The notes below the pieces were generated by a model. That model made no database searches, had not been told where the DNA came from, and saw only the letters and a program-made list of their open reading frames with translations. DNA of 63,742 nt, filler included, from Octopus bimaculoides (Eukaryota): NCBI RefSeq assembly GCF_001194135.2. It is 9 parts of 8 records of this genome, joined end to end, with 100 filler letters (N's around TTAATTAATTAA, not from the genome) between each part and the next. Parts side by side here need not be neighbours in the genome. Positions count along the whole stretch, not along the records: positions 62,644 to 63,742 come from NC_068992.1; 8 more parts are not named here. One strand, written 5' to 3'. This document shows, one piece after another, positions 63,561 to 63,742 of this stretch (positions within the stretch are counted from its first letter, which is position 1; each line of letters opens with the position of its first letter). Made by a program: the position numbers and the translations under genes.

Positions 63561-63742
63561 TACCCATTTACCTAGAATATCTGCATTACACCTCCATTCA
63601 TTTGACTGTCAACCATACGACGGGTCGTGTTAGACGTAGCGCTGACCGCCACAAAGGAGAGTATTCCACTGAGCTTTTCGGTGGGTTAGAAAATTACATA
63701 CCTTCACCCCCCAATTTTCCATGATAGGTTAGCACTTGGAAT

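Overview
Eukaryotic, AT-rich, microsatellite- and SINE-laden draft-assembly DNA, most consistent with an octopus (coleoid cephalopod); this is inferred from repeat families I recognise and is not verified. The window is cut into nine blocks by eight artificial 100-bp spacers (44N-TTAATTAATTAA-44N) and also has many sized N gaps, so block order and orientation are uncertain. Almost all ORFs in the supplied track are microsatellite or N-run artefacts. Two host genes are partly visible, both on the minus strand. EIF4H has two internal exons (22684-22771 and 16562-16750). ACAD10 has its first two coding exons (56394-56607 and 55384-55532, N-terminal HAD domain) and a probable non-coding first exon and promoter near 62.2-62.5 kb. 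The rest is transposon debris: several tRNA-derived SINE families, RTE, CR1 and L1/Tx1 LINE fragments, Tc1/mariner pieces, a split Sola3-like transposase, a Helitron fragment, solo-LTR-like sequences, MITEs and foldbacks. The most interesting signals are: (1) a spacer-less 515-bp palindrome with a minimal hammerhead-ribozyme-like motif in each arm (Penelope/retrozyme-like); (2) an inverted repeat pair that brackets the two ACAD10 exons (circRNA/ADAR geometry), with a YCAY-saturated intron between them; (3) a Sola3-like element whose two halves face opposite ways and share a 17-bp junction repeat. No prokaryotic systems or CRISPR arrays are present. Coordinates of degenerate repeats are approximate, and all alignments and translations were done by eye.
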